A DNA stretch of 64,000 nucleotides. Origin: Bacteroidales bacterium (GTDB lineage Bacteria; Bacteroidota; Bacteroidia; Bacteroidales; F082). The translations under genes were made by a program, and so were the position numbers. The first letter of the stretch is position 1. Each line of letters starts with the position of its first letter. The notes under the pieces were generated by a model. That model saw only the letters and a list, made by a program, of their open reading frames with translations, had not been told where the DNA came from and searched no databases. Of this stretch, positions 29,106 through 40,254 are shown one piece after another. The DNA lies in assembly GCA_018399335.1 (NCBI GenBank), contig JAGYNM010000001.1, positions 119 to 64,118 of the forward strand, given 5' to 3'.

Positions 29106-29555
29106 TTATTGCAACTGAAAAAGCTGTTCGCGGCGCATATCGAGATAAAAAACCTTATCAAATACTTTGGAAGAAAATTGTGTCCAATCAATAGTTTCCG
29201 GATGAAAAAGTGGTGATTCGGAGAGATTTGAGCCGCTAACAATCAAAAGCCACAAAGCTGTATAACGCATACGCTGATAACCTGATGACTTTTCTTCTTT
29301 CTTCTCGATTAAAGCATTTAAGATATCAGCATCAATCAGGGAAGTATCTGTGTTGTTCCAATTCTGGGAATCCAACACATAACGAACAACTTCGAGTCCG
29401 ATGGTTTTGTGTCTGTTGATAATGATTTGAAAATCCGGTGATTCGTGTGTTTTTATGCGTGCCCTTGGGAAATCAGCATAACATGATCTGAACACTTCGA
29501 TCATCTCTTTTTCAAGTGCTTTGTGATCAGGGTTAAACGATTTATTACGAGCCAT
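29106..29555 (-). CDS. Hypothetical protein, possibly a PD-(D/E)XK-like fold
   Basis: 149-aa stand-alone ORF. ESPDF...GLEVVR resembles a nuclease-fold core, but the lysine position is not canonical. Confidence 0.45.
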   Translation of the reverse strand: MARNKSFNPDHKALEKEMIEVFRSCYADFPRARIKTHESPDFQIIINRHKTIGLEVVRYVLDSQNWNNTDTSLIDADILNALIEKKEEKSSGYQRMRYTALWLLIVSGSNLSESPLFHPETIDWTQFSSKVFDKVFYLDMRREQLFQLQ

Positions 29556-29623
29556 CAGCTAAAAAATTAAGCAGCAAGATACAGAATTCCTGACTATTAT
29601 ATAGTGATTAACTTAGTTTTGGT

Positions 29624-29667
29624 CAAAAAAAATGCCGGCAATTAAAATCACCGGCATCAATTTTTTG
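29624..29667 (-). terminator. Rho-independent terminator downstream of ptrB
   Basis: TGCCGG (29633-38) pairs with CCGGCA (29651-56). On the minus strand the stem is followed by T8. Confidence 0.6.
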
Positions 29668-29681
29668 GAGTAATCAGGAAA

Positions 29682-31786
29682 CTATTTTACCATCCCCAAT
29701 TCGTTCATCATAAAAGCGTATTCTAAAGCTGTTTCTTTCAAGCGCTCAAAACGGCCTGAAGCTCCGCCATGGCCAAAGTCCATATTGGTTTTTAGCAACA
29801 AAAGATTATCATCCGTTTTATGCGTTCTAAGCTTAGCAACCCATTTTGCAGGTTCCCAGTACTGTACCTGACTATCGTGCAAGCCAGTAGTAACCAGCAT
29901 TGCCGGATAGGCTGTTTTTTCAACATTGTCATAAGGTGAATAAGACAACATATAATCGAAATATTCCTTTTCGTTTGGATTGCCCCATTCGTCATATTCG
30001 CCTGTAGTAAGCGGAATGCTTTCGTCAAGCATAGTCGTTACCACATCCACAAAAGGAACGGCAGCAATAACACCTTTCCACAGTTCGGGACGCATATTTA
30101 CAACAGCCCCAACAAGCAGTCCACCGGCGCTTCCACCCATAGCAAACAGATTTTCGTTATCCGTATATTTCTGATCAATCAAGTATTCGCCACAGGCGAT
30201 GAAATCGTAAAAGGTATTCTTCTTATTGAGTAATTTACCATCTTCATACCATTGCCGGCCAAGCTCTTCGCCCCCGCGGATATGAGCGATAGCCCAGACA
30301 AATCCCCTATCAAGCAAACTCAATCGTGTGGACGAAAAATAGGCATCCATGCTGGCACCATAAGATCCATAACCATAAAGCACAAGTGGATTTTTTCCAT
30401 TCTTCTCGAGGCCTTTTTTATACACCAGCGAAACGGGAACCATCACACCATCATGTGAAGGAACATAAAGCCTTTCGGATTGATAATCATCAGGATTATA
30501 ACCGCCTAAAACTTCTTGTTGTTTTAATAATGTTTTTGTTTTATCAACCATATTAAAGTCGAACACAGAATTGGGTGTGGTAAGGGAAGTGTAACCGTAG
30601 CGCAAAATATCAGTATCAAAATCTACATTTGTGCTGGTATAGGCTGTATAGGCCGGCTCACCAAAATCGAGGTAATAATCCTGCTTTTTGTCCCAACTCA
30701 TCACGCGAAGATTCAGCAATCCCTTTTGTCGTTCACTCACAACCAAATAGTTATTGAAAATCTCAAAATCCTCGAGCAGCACCTCTTCACGATGCGGAAT
30801 CACTTCTTGCCAGTTTTCCATTGCAGGCGCATTAATACTAGTTTTCATCAACCGGAAATTCTGAGCATCGAGATTGGTACGGATATAAAAATCGTTTTTG
30901 TAATGATCAACTCCATAAAGTATCAGGCTGGCGTTCCTGCACCATTGCAAAATCTTTGTCAGGCATATTTGCATCAACAAATTGATACTCTGCCGAAAGC
31001 GTGCTCACAGAACCAATCATCACATAAGCGTTTGATTTAGTTTTGAAAACAAAGGCGTAAAAAGTTGGATCGTTTTCCTCAAAAATTACTTCATCTTTTT
31101 CATAAGCATCTTCCAGCCGATGCCTCACGATTTTGTATGGACGCAAGGTTTCATCCTTACACTGTAAAAAAGGGTATTGTTATCATTTCCCAGGCCATAT
31201 TCCGAAGTGTTAGGAATACTCTCCGTAAATCTGGTAGCAAGATCTTAACATAAATAGTATATTTGCTCGGCTGACTGTATCAACAGAAAAGGCCAGCAAA
31301 TTGTTGTTGGGCTGATCTCCCAGCCACCCAATCTGGAAAATAAGATCCTTCGGCCATTTCATTGCCATTGAGCAATGATTTCTTCAGCATCCTGGCTGCC
31401 TTTACGACAATAGATCGGGTATTCCTTACCTCTTCATTAACGTGTATAGTAAAAGTAACCATTACGTTTGAAAGGCACAGAAATATCCGTTTGCTGGATG
31501 CGTCCCAGCATTTTCGTCGTACAACTTTTGCTGCATCATTGGTATGCGCCAAAGCAGCGTCGGTGTATGCATTTTCGGCTTCAAGATAAGCAATTACCTC
31601 AGGATTTTCGCGCCTTTCGTTGAGCCAGTAATAGTTGTCAATTCGTGTATTATCGTGCTTTGTTAGTTCGTGGGGTTTTTGTTGTGCTATCGGAGGCTGC
31701 AGAAGGCTTCGTTTTTTGCTGATCGCAACCACTGAATGACAGTAGATCATGGAAGAATAAAATATTGATTTCATTGTGAAATTCAA
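29682..31786 (-). pseudogene. ptrB: Oligopeptidase B / protease II (S9A). The C-terminal about 430 aa are intact. The N-terminal third is interrupted by frameshifts from about 30925 upward.
   Basis: Catalytic domain GGSAGGLLVGAVVN and the C-terminal FGHGG region. The N-terminal fragment HELTKHDNTRIDNYYWLNERRENPEVIAYLEAENAYT (ORF 31280..31786) is the hallmark protease II start. ORF 30907..31146 bridges the two in another frame. Confidence 0.8.
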
Positions 31787-31830
31787 CGATTTAGGGGGGA
31801 TGATTTTTTCATAAAAAGGTATGGTTATAT

Positions 31831-34164
31831 TTAGAAACTCAGTGTCATTCCGAAACTAGGCATCAAAGGTAACTGGCGAACAACTTCGCTGGTTATCTGA
31901 TCGACATAAAAACATTTTCGCGATTATAAAGGCTTGTAACACTCAAATTAAGTTCGAGTTCTGTTCTTTCACTCAGAAGATTCTGCGTTTCACATCAAAA
32001 ATCAAGGCGGTGATAACTGGGCAATTCACCTTCGTTCAAATCGCCGTAAATTAATCCCAATTCGCCATTGGCAGTGCTATAATCAGCATTTACACCTCCC
32101 GAAAGTTAAGGTATTCATAATAACCCTGCACCTGCGTGAAAGGGAAACCGGAACCATAATTCCAACGCCCGCTAAACTCCCACTGCCGGCGATCGCCAGC
32201 CGTGTATGAAATAATCACATTCACATTGTGACGGCGATCATAATGGGGCGGTAGGTAATTAATTCACCAGGTCGCTCTTCATATTCTTTCGTTACATAAC
32301 CCAGCGAATACACCGTCCAGATGTACCAATGCTTGTCTTCATATTTCAAGGCTATATCGCCACCATAGGCTTTCCCGTGGTTCGATTATGAAATCTTTGA
32401 AATATCAGAGTGTCAAATGGAGCAGAATTGTTTCGTCAAACAGCTTATTCCGGTTGAGATTTGTAAGCTGCGTAAAAATCTTTTCAGATAAACCTTCAAT
32501 ATTAAGGTTAATGCGGTTTGTAAGGCAATCTCCGTACCTAAAATATAATGAGTTAGCCTTTGTAGTTTATGGGTTACATCTTCACCATCAAAACGGGCGG
32601 GAAGATTATCTGACCCGACAAAAACCCGTAAAACAGGTTAACGACATCACGGTCAGAATTTGCTGCGATCAGATTTTGCGAATACATCCCTGTTGCCAGC
32701 TTCAACCTGAACCAGTCATCGTTCACCTTATATTTCAAAATGCTAAGCGAGGCTCGGGCGAAATATTTGATAAAGAAGCCACTGCATCCTGAAACTGGCT
32801 CGAAGAGTAATTTACCAAAACTCCTTTATAGCGCACATATGCAGCCAGTTCGGTTGTGTTTTCAGTTTGATTAATATTACGTCCCACACCATTGGTGAAA
32901 TCAAATTCCTGTTTTAAATCCCAGCAATTCAACACCATATTTAACAAGATCTTTTCCAAGAAAATAAGTGAAATGAAATCCCCATGTTAAATCCATTGAT
33001 GGCACTTGATCGGTCGGGTGATGAAGTTTCTGCCAAAGTTGCCCTATAGCTTGAATAAGCAAGATTTCCTTCAATCAAAACCGGTGATTTCCCGGGTATG
33101 ATAAGGAAGTTTGTCCCTCCGCCAGCAGCTTTCCAGCTAAAATCGGATAATGCTTTGTAGTTGTTTACCTGATCATCGAAGCTAAAACCAAAGAAATTGA
33201 TTTTACTCCCATTAGCCGAATTAATTGATGCTTTACCATAAATATCCAAAAAGTTAAAAGGCAAGCCATTCTCGTCGATATAATTGTACAGGCTTTTGCT
33301 GGTTTGCTCCAGGTAAGAGTTCTTTACGGAAAACACAAAACTAGAACTGGATCCATTTTCTGTTTTGGCTTTTACTAATGGCCCTTCAAGCAAAACGCGC
33401 GCACCAAAAGTACTGGCACCAACTTTACCGGCTATTCGATTCTTATTTCCGTCGCGGGTAGTGATATCCATTATTGAGGAAATACGGCCGCCATAATCGG
33501 CACTAAAACCTCCGGTAAAAACTTCAGCATTGCGAATAATATCCGTTTCGAAAACAGAAAACAAACCTATTGAGTGGAAAGGGTTATAAACGATCATTCC
33601 GTCGAGCAACACTTTATTTTGAATAGGCGAACCACCTCTGATATACAACTGTCCACCCTGGTCACCAGTAAAAACCACGCCAGGAATCACTTGCAGGTAT
33701 TGAGCTAAGTCGCTTTGGCCTCCAATGGATGGAATTTTCTTCAGTGTTTTGGGGGTGATATTGATTACTGAAGTCTTAGTCTCAGTTCTGGCTTCCATTT
33801 TATCACCAGTGATATTAACCGTTTGCAAACTCACGCTGCCTTCGGTAAGTTTGAAGCGTTTGTTTAGCACATCTCCTGCAACAAGTGTAATAGGTTCACG
33901 AAGTGTGTCGTAACCTAAAAATGTAACCAACATTACATAATCGCCCGGTGGCACTTTTGTGATGCTGAAATAACCATTAATATCTGTAGATCCACCATGA
34001 TTAGTACCATCGAGATAGACATTTGAAAAAATCACTGGTTCACCCGTGCTGGCTTCATATACAAAACCACGAACGGCAGCATCCTGTGCTTGTGCAGCAG
34101 AAAATATAAAAACGACAAAAAATAATACGCTAAATAATTTGTTGAAGGGTATAATTTGTTGCAT
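31831..34164 (-). pseudogene. TonB-dependent receptor with CarboxypepD_reg N-terminal domain. The N-terminal about 390 aa are intact. The barrel region (31831 to about 32990) is fragmented by frameshifts.
   Basis: Signal peptide, VRGFVYEASTGEPV..NGYFSITKVPPGDYVMLVTFLGY (CarboxypepD_reg) and plug motifs IPGV..GG.LYIRGG and NPFHSIGLFSVF. The reverse strand ends ...SFGMTLSF* at 31831, a typical TBDR terminal Phe. Confidence 0.8.
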
Positions 34165-34311
34165 AACAGCATTTTGGATTTATAATAACCTTTGAAAACC
34201 GAGCAATTCTGAATTCACAAAAGAACGCGCAAATTAACTAAAAAGTACGCAGTAATGTAGAATAAATAAGAATAATGGCTGTATTAACCAGTTTCAGGCA
34301 AACAAACCACT

Positions 34312-35232
34312 TTATTGATTTGTTCGCACAGCAGCTGCCTGCCTTAATAAATCCTTCTCAGCGTCCGTCATCTCGTCCGGAAGACGAAGCTGTACTTTTA
34401 GTAACAAATTTCCAAAACTAGTTGATCCATATACCGGCATCCCCATTTCTTTGAGTCTCAAAATGCTACCATTCTGCTGACCCGCTTTCACCGGCACCTG
34501 TACAACACCTTTGAAAGTTTTAAACGGAACTTTACCGCCCAATGCAGCTGTGTAAATATCTACCGGAAAATCAGCGATAAGATCGTCGCCGTCGCGAACC
34601 ATTCCAGCATGAGGCTTCACGTGAACTTTCAATAACAAATCGCCCGGCGCACCGCCAAAAGGAGATTGCTGGCCTTTTCCCTTGATCCGTAAAGTTTGGC
34701 CATCTTTTACTCCAGGTTTTATTTTGAGCTTAAGCCTTTGTCCATTGAGGCTGATCAGCTGCTCAGAACCTGTGTAAGCTTCCTGTAAGCTCAGGCTAAT
34801 AGTTGCGCTTAAATCCTGACCTTTAATATTTTGCGATTGTCGCTGACGACTTCCATGAGACTGACCGCCAAAGCCTCCACCAAAAAAAGCATCAAAAAAA
34901 TCGGAGAACCCACTCGAATCACCGAAAAACTCTTCATAACCCTGCTGTCTGCCCGAAGCACGGCCTCTTCCATACCCTCCAAAACCTTCAAATCCCTGCT
35001 GCTCGTATTGCTTCCAGTTAGATCCCAGTTCATCATACTTTTTGCGCTTTTCGGCATTGCCAAGAACTTCATAGGCTTCACTAATTTCTTTAAAACGATC
35101 CTCAGCCGTCTTGTTATCTGGATTTTTATCCGGATGGTATTTAACGGCCAGTTTACGGTACTGCTTCTTAATCTGATCAGCAGTAGCCTTTCGATCCACA
35201 CCTAATATTTTGTAATAGTCCTTGTATTCCAT
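34312..35232 (-). CDS. J-domain co-chaperone, CbpA-like (DnaJ without zinc finger)
   Basis: YYKILGV...[13 protein letters not shown]-domain, a G/F-rich linker, and a DnaJ C-terminal substrate-binding domain. No CxxCxGxG repeats. Confidence 0.85.
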   Translation of the reverse strand: MEYKDYYKILGVDRKATADQIKKQYRKLAVKYHPDKNPDNKTAEDRFKEISEAYEVLGNAEKRKKYDELGSNWKQYEQQGFEGFGGYGRGRASGRQQGYEEFFGDSSGFSDFFDAFFGGGFGGQSHGSRQRQSQNIKGQDLSATISLSLQEAYTGSEQLISLNGQRLKLKIKPGVKDGQTLRIKGKGQQSPFGGAPGDLLLKVHVKPHAGMVRDGDDLIADFPVDIYTAALGGKVPFKTFKGVVQVPVKAGQQNGSILRLKEMGMPVYGSTSFGNLLLKVQLRLPDEMTDAEKDLLRQAAAVRTNQ

Positions 35233-35334
35233 AGCTTTGTTTAGCAGTCAAATAACATGCCAATTCCCATTTTTGGAATTACCTGTCATTATGACAAGAA
35301 CATGTGCTTAAAGACCAATAAATAAACAGGTCTT

Positions 35335-36216
35335 TTACTTCCGAACTACTTTGAAATTTGAAACTGCTGCATCAAGTTTGATAAAAATCTTTTGACTGGC
35401 ATCTGAAAAAGCCGGAGTTTCGTAAACACCCCTTTCAATTTTCTCGAAATCGCTCAGTGTTTTACTTGAAAGCACAGTTGAGCCAGTTACGCGACAACCA
35501 GCCTCAGCCGGAATTCTAATATTGATGGCCGAAGCTGCTGCATCAATATTTACGGTTGTTTCGTTGATTTTATCTCCAAATCTTAAGTCGATGGCGGCAG
35601 CACCTCCATCAATCTCTATTTCCTGAACCTTGTAATCTCTTAAATCAAAATCAAGCTCAGCAGCACCTACATCCAGATCAAAATTCCAGTTTACCTCCGG
35701 ATTAAGCATCAAATCAAATTTATTCAACTTATTGCTATTGAGCACAATCTTATCATCAACTTGCTCGATAATCACTTTACAATGCTCGCCTAATTCTTCT
35801 ACCCTAAAATTGTAAGCCATACTCGATCCGCGTTTGTCAGCCCGAATCAAATCGCCCGTAGTTCCCGAAAGCTTGTAACTTCCTGCTGTGGCTTCCAACT
35901 CGAGTGTCGCCATGGATATTTCAGCTCCCAATTCATGACTAAAAGTTTGCGTTACCAGCGTATCGTGAATGCGCGCTTCATCTTTGTCATAATTATAGCG
36001 AAAAACAGATTTACCATTTCCATATTCTTCCACCTGCTGACCATACATCACAATCCCTAGAACTCCAACGGCAATAGCCAACAGGAGCTTGAAAAAATTC
36101 TGAACCGGAAGGATCGAAACACCCCACAAAATAAGAAGCAAAAGGCCAAAGCCTGACCAACACCCCCCATTGAAATTCAAAATATCTAATCTGTCGAGTA
36201 AAAACAGGGTTCCCAA
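35335..36216 (-). CDS. Membrane protein with beta-rich C-terminal domain, partner of the PspC-domain gene
   Basis: 293 aa. Two or three N-terminal TM helices, then a repetitive beta-strand-like region (..VNIDAAASAINIRIPA..). Lies directly downstream of the PspC-domain gene on the same strand. Confidence 0.55.
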   Translation of the reverse strand: MGTLFLLDRLDILNFNGGCWSGFGLLLLILWGVSILPVQNFFKLLLAIAVGVLGIVMYGQQVEEYGNGKSVFRYNYDKDEARIHDTLVTQTFSHELGAEISMATLELEATAGSYKLSGTTGDLIRADKRGSSMAYNFRVEELGEHCKVIIEQVDDKIVLNSNKLNKFDLMLNPEVNWNFDLDVGAAELDFDLRDYKVQEIEIDGGAAAIDLRFGDKINETTVNIDAAASAINIRIPAEAGCRVTGSTVLSSKTLSDFEKIERGVYETPAFSDASQKIFIKLDAAVSNFKVVRK

Positions 36217-36350
36217 AGCAATGAGTAAAATACCCCAAAAACATTTTGTTGTTTCATGACATCAATTTTATCAGTAATTAATTGCTGCCCAGCAGATGCT
36301 ATTTTAACTATAAACTTCTGTAATTGTGTTGGATTACACCCCCTCATCAA

Positions 36351-36761
36351 TTAATGTTTTTGCCACTTTGCCAAAAGTAAAATACCAACAGCAATCAAAA
36401 CTACAGGCCATAGATCCAGTACATTAAACCTTGGTATGAAAGTAGTTATAAGAAATAATGCACCAATACTGATAGTCCTATAACAGCTGCCCTTTGCCTT
36501 TGCATCTTTTTCTGTCGTTATCGCATCATTATCAGCTTTTTCTGACACAGAAACCTCGCCATAAACGGAAGTTTCAGGCAATACAATCCACAATACGATG
36601 TAGGCAATAACACCACCCAGCAAAACGGCAAGAAAACACAAAATCAATCGTACAATTGTTGAATCCATCTTAAAGTTTTTGGCAAGACCGGCACACACAC
36701 CAGCAATAACTTTAGATGAGCTGAGTCGTAAAGACCATTCGGTTGATTTTCCATAGATCAA
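36351..36761 (-). CDS. PspC domain-containing membrane protein
   Basis: KVIAGVCAGLAKNFKMDSTIVRLILCFLAVLLGGVIAYIVLWIVLP is the PspC domain signature. The start appears to be TTG. Confidence 0.75.
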   Translation of the reverse strand: MIYGKSTEWSLRLSSSKVIAGVCAGLAKNFKMDSTIVRLILCFLAVLLGGVIAYIVLWIVLPETSVYGEVSVSEKADNDAITTEKDAKAKGSCYRTISIGALFLITTFIPRFNVLDLWPVVLIAVGILLLAKWQKH

Positions 36762-37129
36762 AGAATTTGAAATTAACTCAAAGTATTAAATTGTTAACGA
36801 ACAAATTTCGATGTTTTATTTGAAGTAACCAGCTTTTGTGAAAAAATAAACACTAAAATTATTTAAAAGATTGTATAAATTAAGCATTTAGCGCAATTAA
36901 AAGGCTGCTATGATAAAGATTTTTGTATTTTTACGTTCCTTTTTACGCTTGGTTTATAACTGTTGATTTTAGAAAAAACAATATTTTTTAATAAGCAGCA
37001 AATGAGACTAAAAGCCTGAAAAAGCTATGTGCTGATTAGTTAAAGCCAAAAAATTAGCCAGCAGAAAAAGAAAAATCAAGGGATTTGCAAACAAAAAATA
37101 TTTATTTAATAAAAGAAAACTGAAAAAAC

Positions 37130-38358
37130 ATGACAAAATCAAAGTAGCCCATCCTGTTGTTGAACTTGATGGAGACGAAATGACGCGAGTCATCTGGTCG
37201 TTTATCAAAGAAAAAGCTAATACTCCCTACCTTGATTTGGATATCAAATATTACGATTTAGGCATGGAACATCGCGATGCCACCAATGATAAGGTAACTG
37301 TTGATGCTGCCGAAGCCATCAAAAAGTATAATGTTGGAATAAAATGCGCCACCATCACACCCGATGAAAAACGCGTGGAAGAGTTTAATCTTAAAGCAAT
37401 GTACCGCTCTCCAAACGGAACAATCAGAAATATTTTAGGCGGAACAGTTTTTCGCGAACCTATTCTTATCAATAATATCCCCAGACTGGTTCCCGGCTGG
37501 AAAGATCCGATAGTAATTGGCCGTCATGCATTTGGTGATCAATACAGGGCCACAGATTTTCTGACCAAAGGAAAGGGCAAGCTTACCATCACTTACACAC
37601 CTGACGACGGAAGTGAACCCCAGGAATTTAATGTTTATGATTTTGAAGGAGATGGCGTTGCATTGGCGATGTATAATACCGACGAATCTATCCGCGGTTT
37701 TGCGCATTCATGCTTTAATATGGCGCTGCAAAAAGGTTGGCCGCTCTATTTATCCACAAAAAATACCATCCTGAAGAAATATGACGGTCGCTTTAAAGAT
37801 ATTTTTGAAGAGATCTATCAAAATGACTATAAAGCCCAGTTTGAAGCCAATGGTATTATTTACGAGCATAGGCTGATAGATGATATGGTAGCAGCAGCTT
37901 TAAAATGGAGCGGGAAATTTGTGTGGGCGTGTAAAAATTACGACGGCGACGTGCAATCTGATACACTTGCGCAGGGATTTGGTTCTTTGGGATTGATGAC
38001 CAGCGTTTTAGTAACGCCTGACGGCAAAACCATGGAAGCAGAAGCAGCTCATGGTACAGTTACCCGTCACTATCGCGAACACCAGAAAGGAAACCCAACT
38101 TCTACCAACCCGATTGCATCTATTTTTGCCTGGACGCGCGGACTTGCTCATAGAGGAAAACTTGATGGAAATCAGGAATTGGTTGATTTCAGTAAAAAAC
38201 TTGAAGAAGTTTGTATTGAAACAGTTGAATCGGGTAAAATGACCAAAGACCTGGCTTTGCTCATTCATGGAAATGCCCTAAAACCAGAACATTACTTATA
38301 TACCCAGGATTTTTTAAATGCCATTAACGAAGGCCTCCAAGCGAAATTAAGCAAATAA
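37130..38358 (+). CDS. icd: NADP-dependent isocitrate dehydrogenase (eukaryotic-like, about 410 aa type). The start appears displaced by a 1-nt indel.
   Basis: The frame of ORF 37180..38358 extends upstream as [21 protein letters not shown], the canonical N-terminus. The only nearby ATG (37130) is out of frame by one base in an A-run. Confidence 0.85.
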
Positions 38359-38377
38359 AAATATAATACATTGTGCT

Positions 38378-39703
38378 ATGTCGAACCTAAAAGAAGTATT
38401 AAGAGAAAAAATAAATGAATGGCGTCCGCGCACCCAAAGGCTGAATGATGAATTTGGTGATTTTGTTGTTGATAAAGTGACAATGGGTCAGATTTTGGGT
38501 GGTATGCGCGGCATAAAATGCCTTGTAACGGATATTTCCTATCTCGATCCTAAAGAAGGTATCCGCTACCGCGGCTATACCCTTCCCGAAGTATTTGAGA
38601 AACTCCCAAAAGCCAAAGGCGCCGAAATGCCTTATGTTGAGGGCTTAATTTACCTGCTACTCACAGGCGATATGCCAAATAAGGCGCAAGTTGACGATCT
38701 GATTGATGAGTTTTCGAAGCGTAGGATTTTACCACGCTATGTATATGAAGTGATTGATGCCTGGCCATGTTGTAGCCACCCAATGGCAATATTTAGCTCA
38801 GCAATCCTGGCTATGGCGCGCGAATCTTTCTTCGCCAAAAAATACAAAGCCGGGATTAGCAAAATGGACTTGTGGGAGCCCATGTATGAGGACTCGTTGA
38901 ATATGCTGGCCAAGCTACCCGAGATTGCTGCTTACATTTATGCTAAATTATACCGCGATGGCAAACGTATTGTTGGCAATCCCGATCTTGACCTGGGTGC
39001 TAATTTTGCACATATGATGGGCAAAGCCAAACCATATGACGATGTTGCGCGTATGCACTTTGTCATCCATGCCGATCATGAAAGCGGTAACGTAAGTGCA
39101 CACACAGCACATTTGGTAGCAAGTTCATTATCTGATGTTTACCTTTCTACCTCTGCCATGATTAACGGCCTCGCCGGCCCACTTCACGGATTGGCTAATC
39201 AGGAAGTATTACGCTGGCTTCAGGAATTGATGGATAAAATGGGTGGCGAAACACCTACCGAAAGTGAAATGAAACAATATGTTTGGGACACGCTTCACAG
39301 CGGACAGGTGATTCCCGGTTTTGGACATGCTGTATTGCGCAAAACCGACCCCCGATATATGATTCAGCGTGAATTTAGCCTGAAACACATCCCAGATGAT
39401 CCGATCTTTAAGTATGTTGATCTGCTCTATAAAGTTGTTCCTCCAATCCTTCAAGAACAAGGCAAGGCGAAAAACCCATGGCCCAACGTGGATGCACAAT
39501 CCGGTGTTATCCAATGGCATTATGGCCTTACCGAATATGATTTCTATACCGTTTTATTTGGAATTGGACGCGCCATCGGTATTACCGCAAATTTGATTTG
39601 GGACAGAGCATTACTTTATCCATTGGAAAGACCAAAATCACTCACAACGGATATGCTCGAAGAAATCGTTGGAATCAAAAAGAAAGATATAGAAAAAGAG
39701 TAA
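38378..39703 (+). CDS. gltA: Citrate synthase
   Basis: 441 aa with GIRYRGYTLPE, HADHE, GPLHGLANQEVL and GFGHAVLRKTDPR catalytic-site motifs. Confidence 0.9.
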   Translation: MSNLKEVLREKINEWRPRTQRLNDEFGDFVVDKVTMGQILGGMRGIKCLVTDISYLDPKEGIRYRGYTLPEVFEKLPKAKGAEMPYVEGLIYLLLTGDMPNKAQVDDLIDEFSKRRILPRYVYEVIDAWPCCSHPMAIFSSAILAMARESFFAKKYKAGISKMDLWEPMYEDSLNMLAKLPEIAAYIYAKLYRDGKRIVGNPDLDLGANFAHMMGKAKPYDDVARMHFVIHADHESGNVSAHTAHLVASSLSDVYLSTSAMINGLAGPLHGLANQEVLRWLQELMDKMGGETPTESEMKQYVWDTLHSGQVIPGFGHAVLRKTDPRYMIQREFSLKHIPDDPIFKYVDLLYKVVPPILQEQGKAKNPWPNVDAQSGVIQWHYGLTEYDFYTVLFGIGRAIGITANLIWDRALLYPLERPKSLTTDMLEEIVGIKKKDIEKE

Positions 39704-39721
39704 TATCAGTCAGATTTCATG

Positions 39722-39767
39722 AAGCTGAAAGTTGCCTGGGATACTTTCCTGCAGCTTTCAGCTTTTT
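39722..39767 (+). terminator. Hairpin terminator after citrate synthase
   Basis: AAGCTGAAAG (39722-31) pairs with CTTTCAGCTT (39755-64), with inner TGC/GCA pairs, followed by TTT. Confidence 0.5.
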
Positions 39768-39782
39768 AATTTAATATTTAAA

Positions 39783-40193
39783 ATGGTCACTCATAAAACC
39801 GTTCAGCTTCCGGCATTCAAACGTGGTATTCACCTCATTTCAAATCATATAACAAAAGATTTGATCGATCTGCCAGCTAATGGATTATTGCATATTTACA
39901 TCAAACACACCTCTGCAGGTTTGTTGATAAATGAAAATGCCGATCCTGATGTAAGAATGGATTTGGAGGCTTTTCTGGACAAAATCGTTCCGGAAAACGA
40001 ACCGTATTTCAGGCATATTCTTGAAGGCCCTGATGATATGCCTGCCCACATAAAAAATATGTTTACCGGAAACAGTTTATCCATACCGATTGTAAACGGC
40101 CGCTTGGGATTGGGCACCTGGCAGGGAATTTATCTTTGTGAATTCCGAAATCATGCAGGATCGCGAAACCTTATACTTTCAGTAATAAGTTAA
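39783..40193 (+). CDS. yjbQ: YjbQ family secondary thiamine-phosphate synthase enzyme (UPF0047)
   Basis: HTSAGLLINENADPDV, GPDDMPAHIK and GTWQGIYLCEFR motifs. I prefer the ATG at 39783 because the track ORF start lies inside the upstream terminator. Confidence 0.8.
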   Translation: MVTHKTVQLPAFKRGIHLISNHITKDLIDLPANGLLHIYIKHTSAGLLINENADPDVRMDLEAFLDKIVPENEPYFRHILEGPDDMPAHIKNMFTGNSLSIPIVNGRLGLGTWQGIYLCEFRNHAGSRNLILSVIS

Positions 40194-40254
40194 ATCAGCT
40201 TTGATTTTAAACTCTATAGGGTATTCGGAGAAATTACTAATCAATTGAAAAAAA

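Noticed and set aside
32379-32387. GGTTCGATT, which resembles a tRNA T-loop.
   Set aside because: I could not build an acceptor, D or anticodon arm around it, and it lies inside the TonB-receptor coding remnant. I found no tRNA or rRNA gene in the window.
32388-32792. 134-aa plus-strand ORF in the 32.4-32.8 kb region.
   Set aside because: It lies antisense to the frameshifted barrel portion of the TonB-dependent receptor. It appears open only because that gene's frame is broken.
34809-35205. Two ORFs of roughly 125-130 aa (34809..35201 minus strand, 34831..35205 plus strand) overlapping the J-domain gene.
   Set aside because: The frame with the HPD J-domain and DnaJ C-terminal domain is clearly the real one. 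The others are alternative-frame artefacts.
37008-37208. 66-aa minus-strand ORF in the icd upstream spacer.
   Set aside because: It is a low-complexity Leu/Phe/Ser sequence in an AT-rich intergenic region, and it overlaps the icd 5' end.
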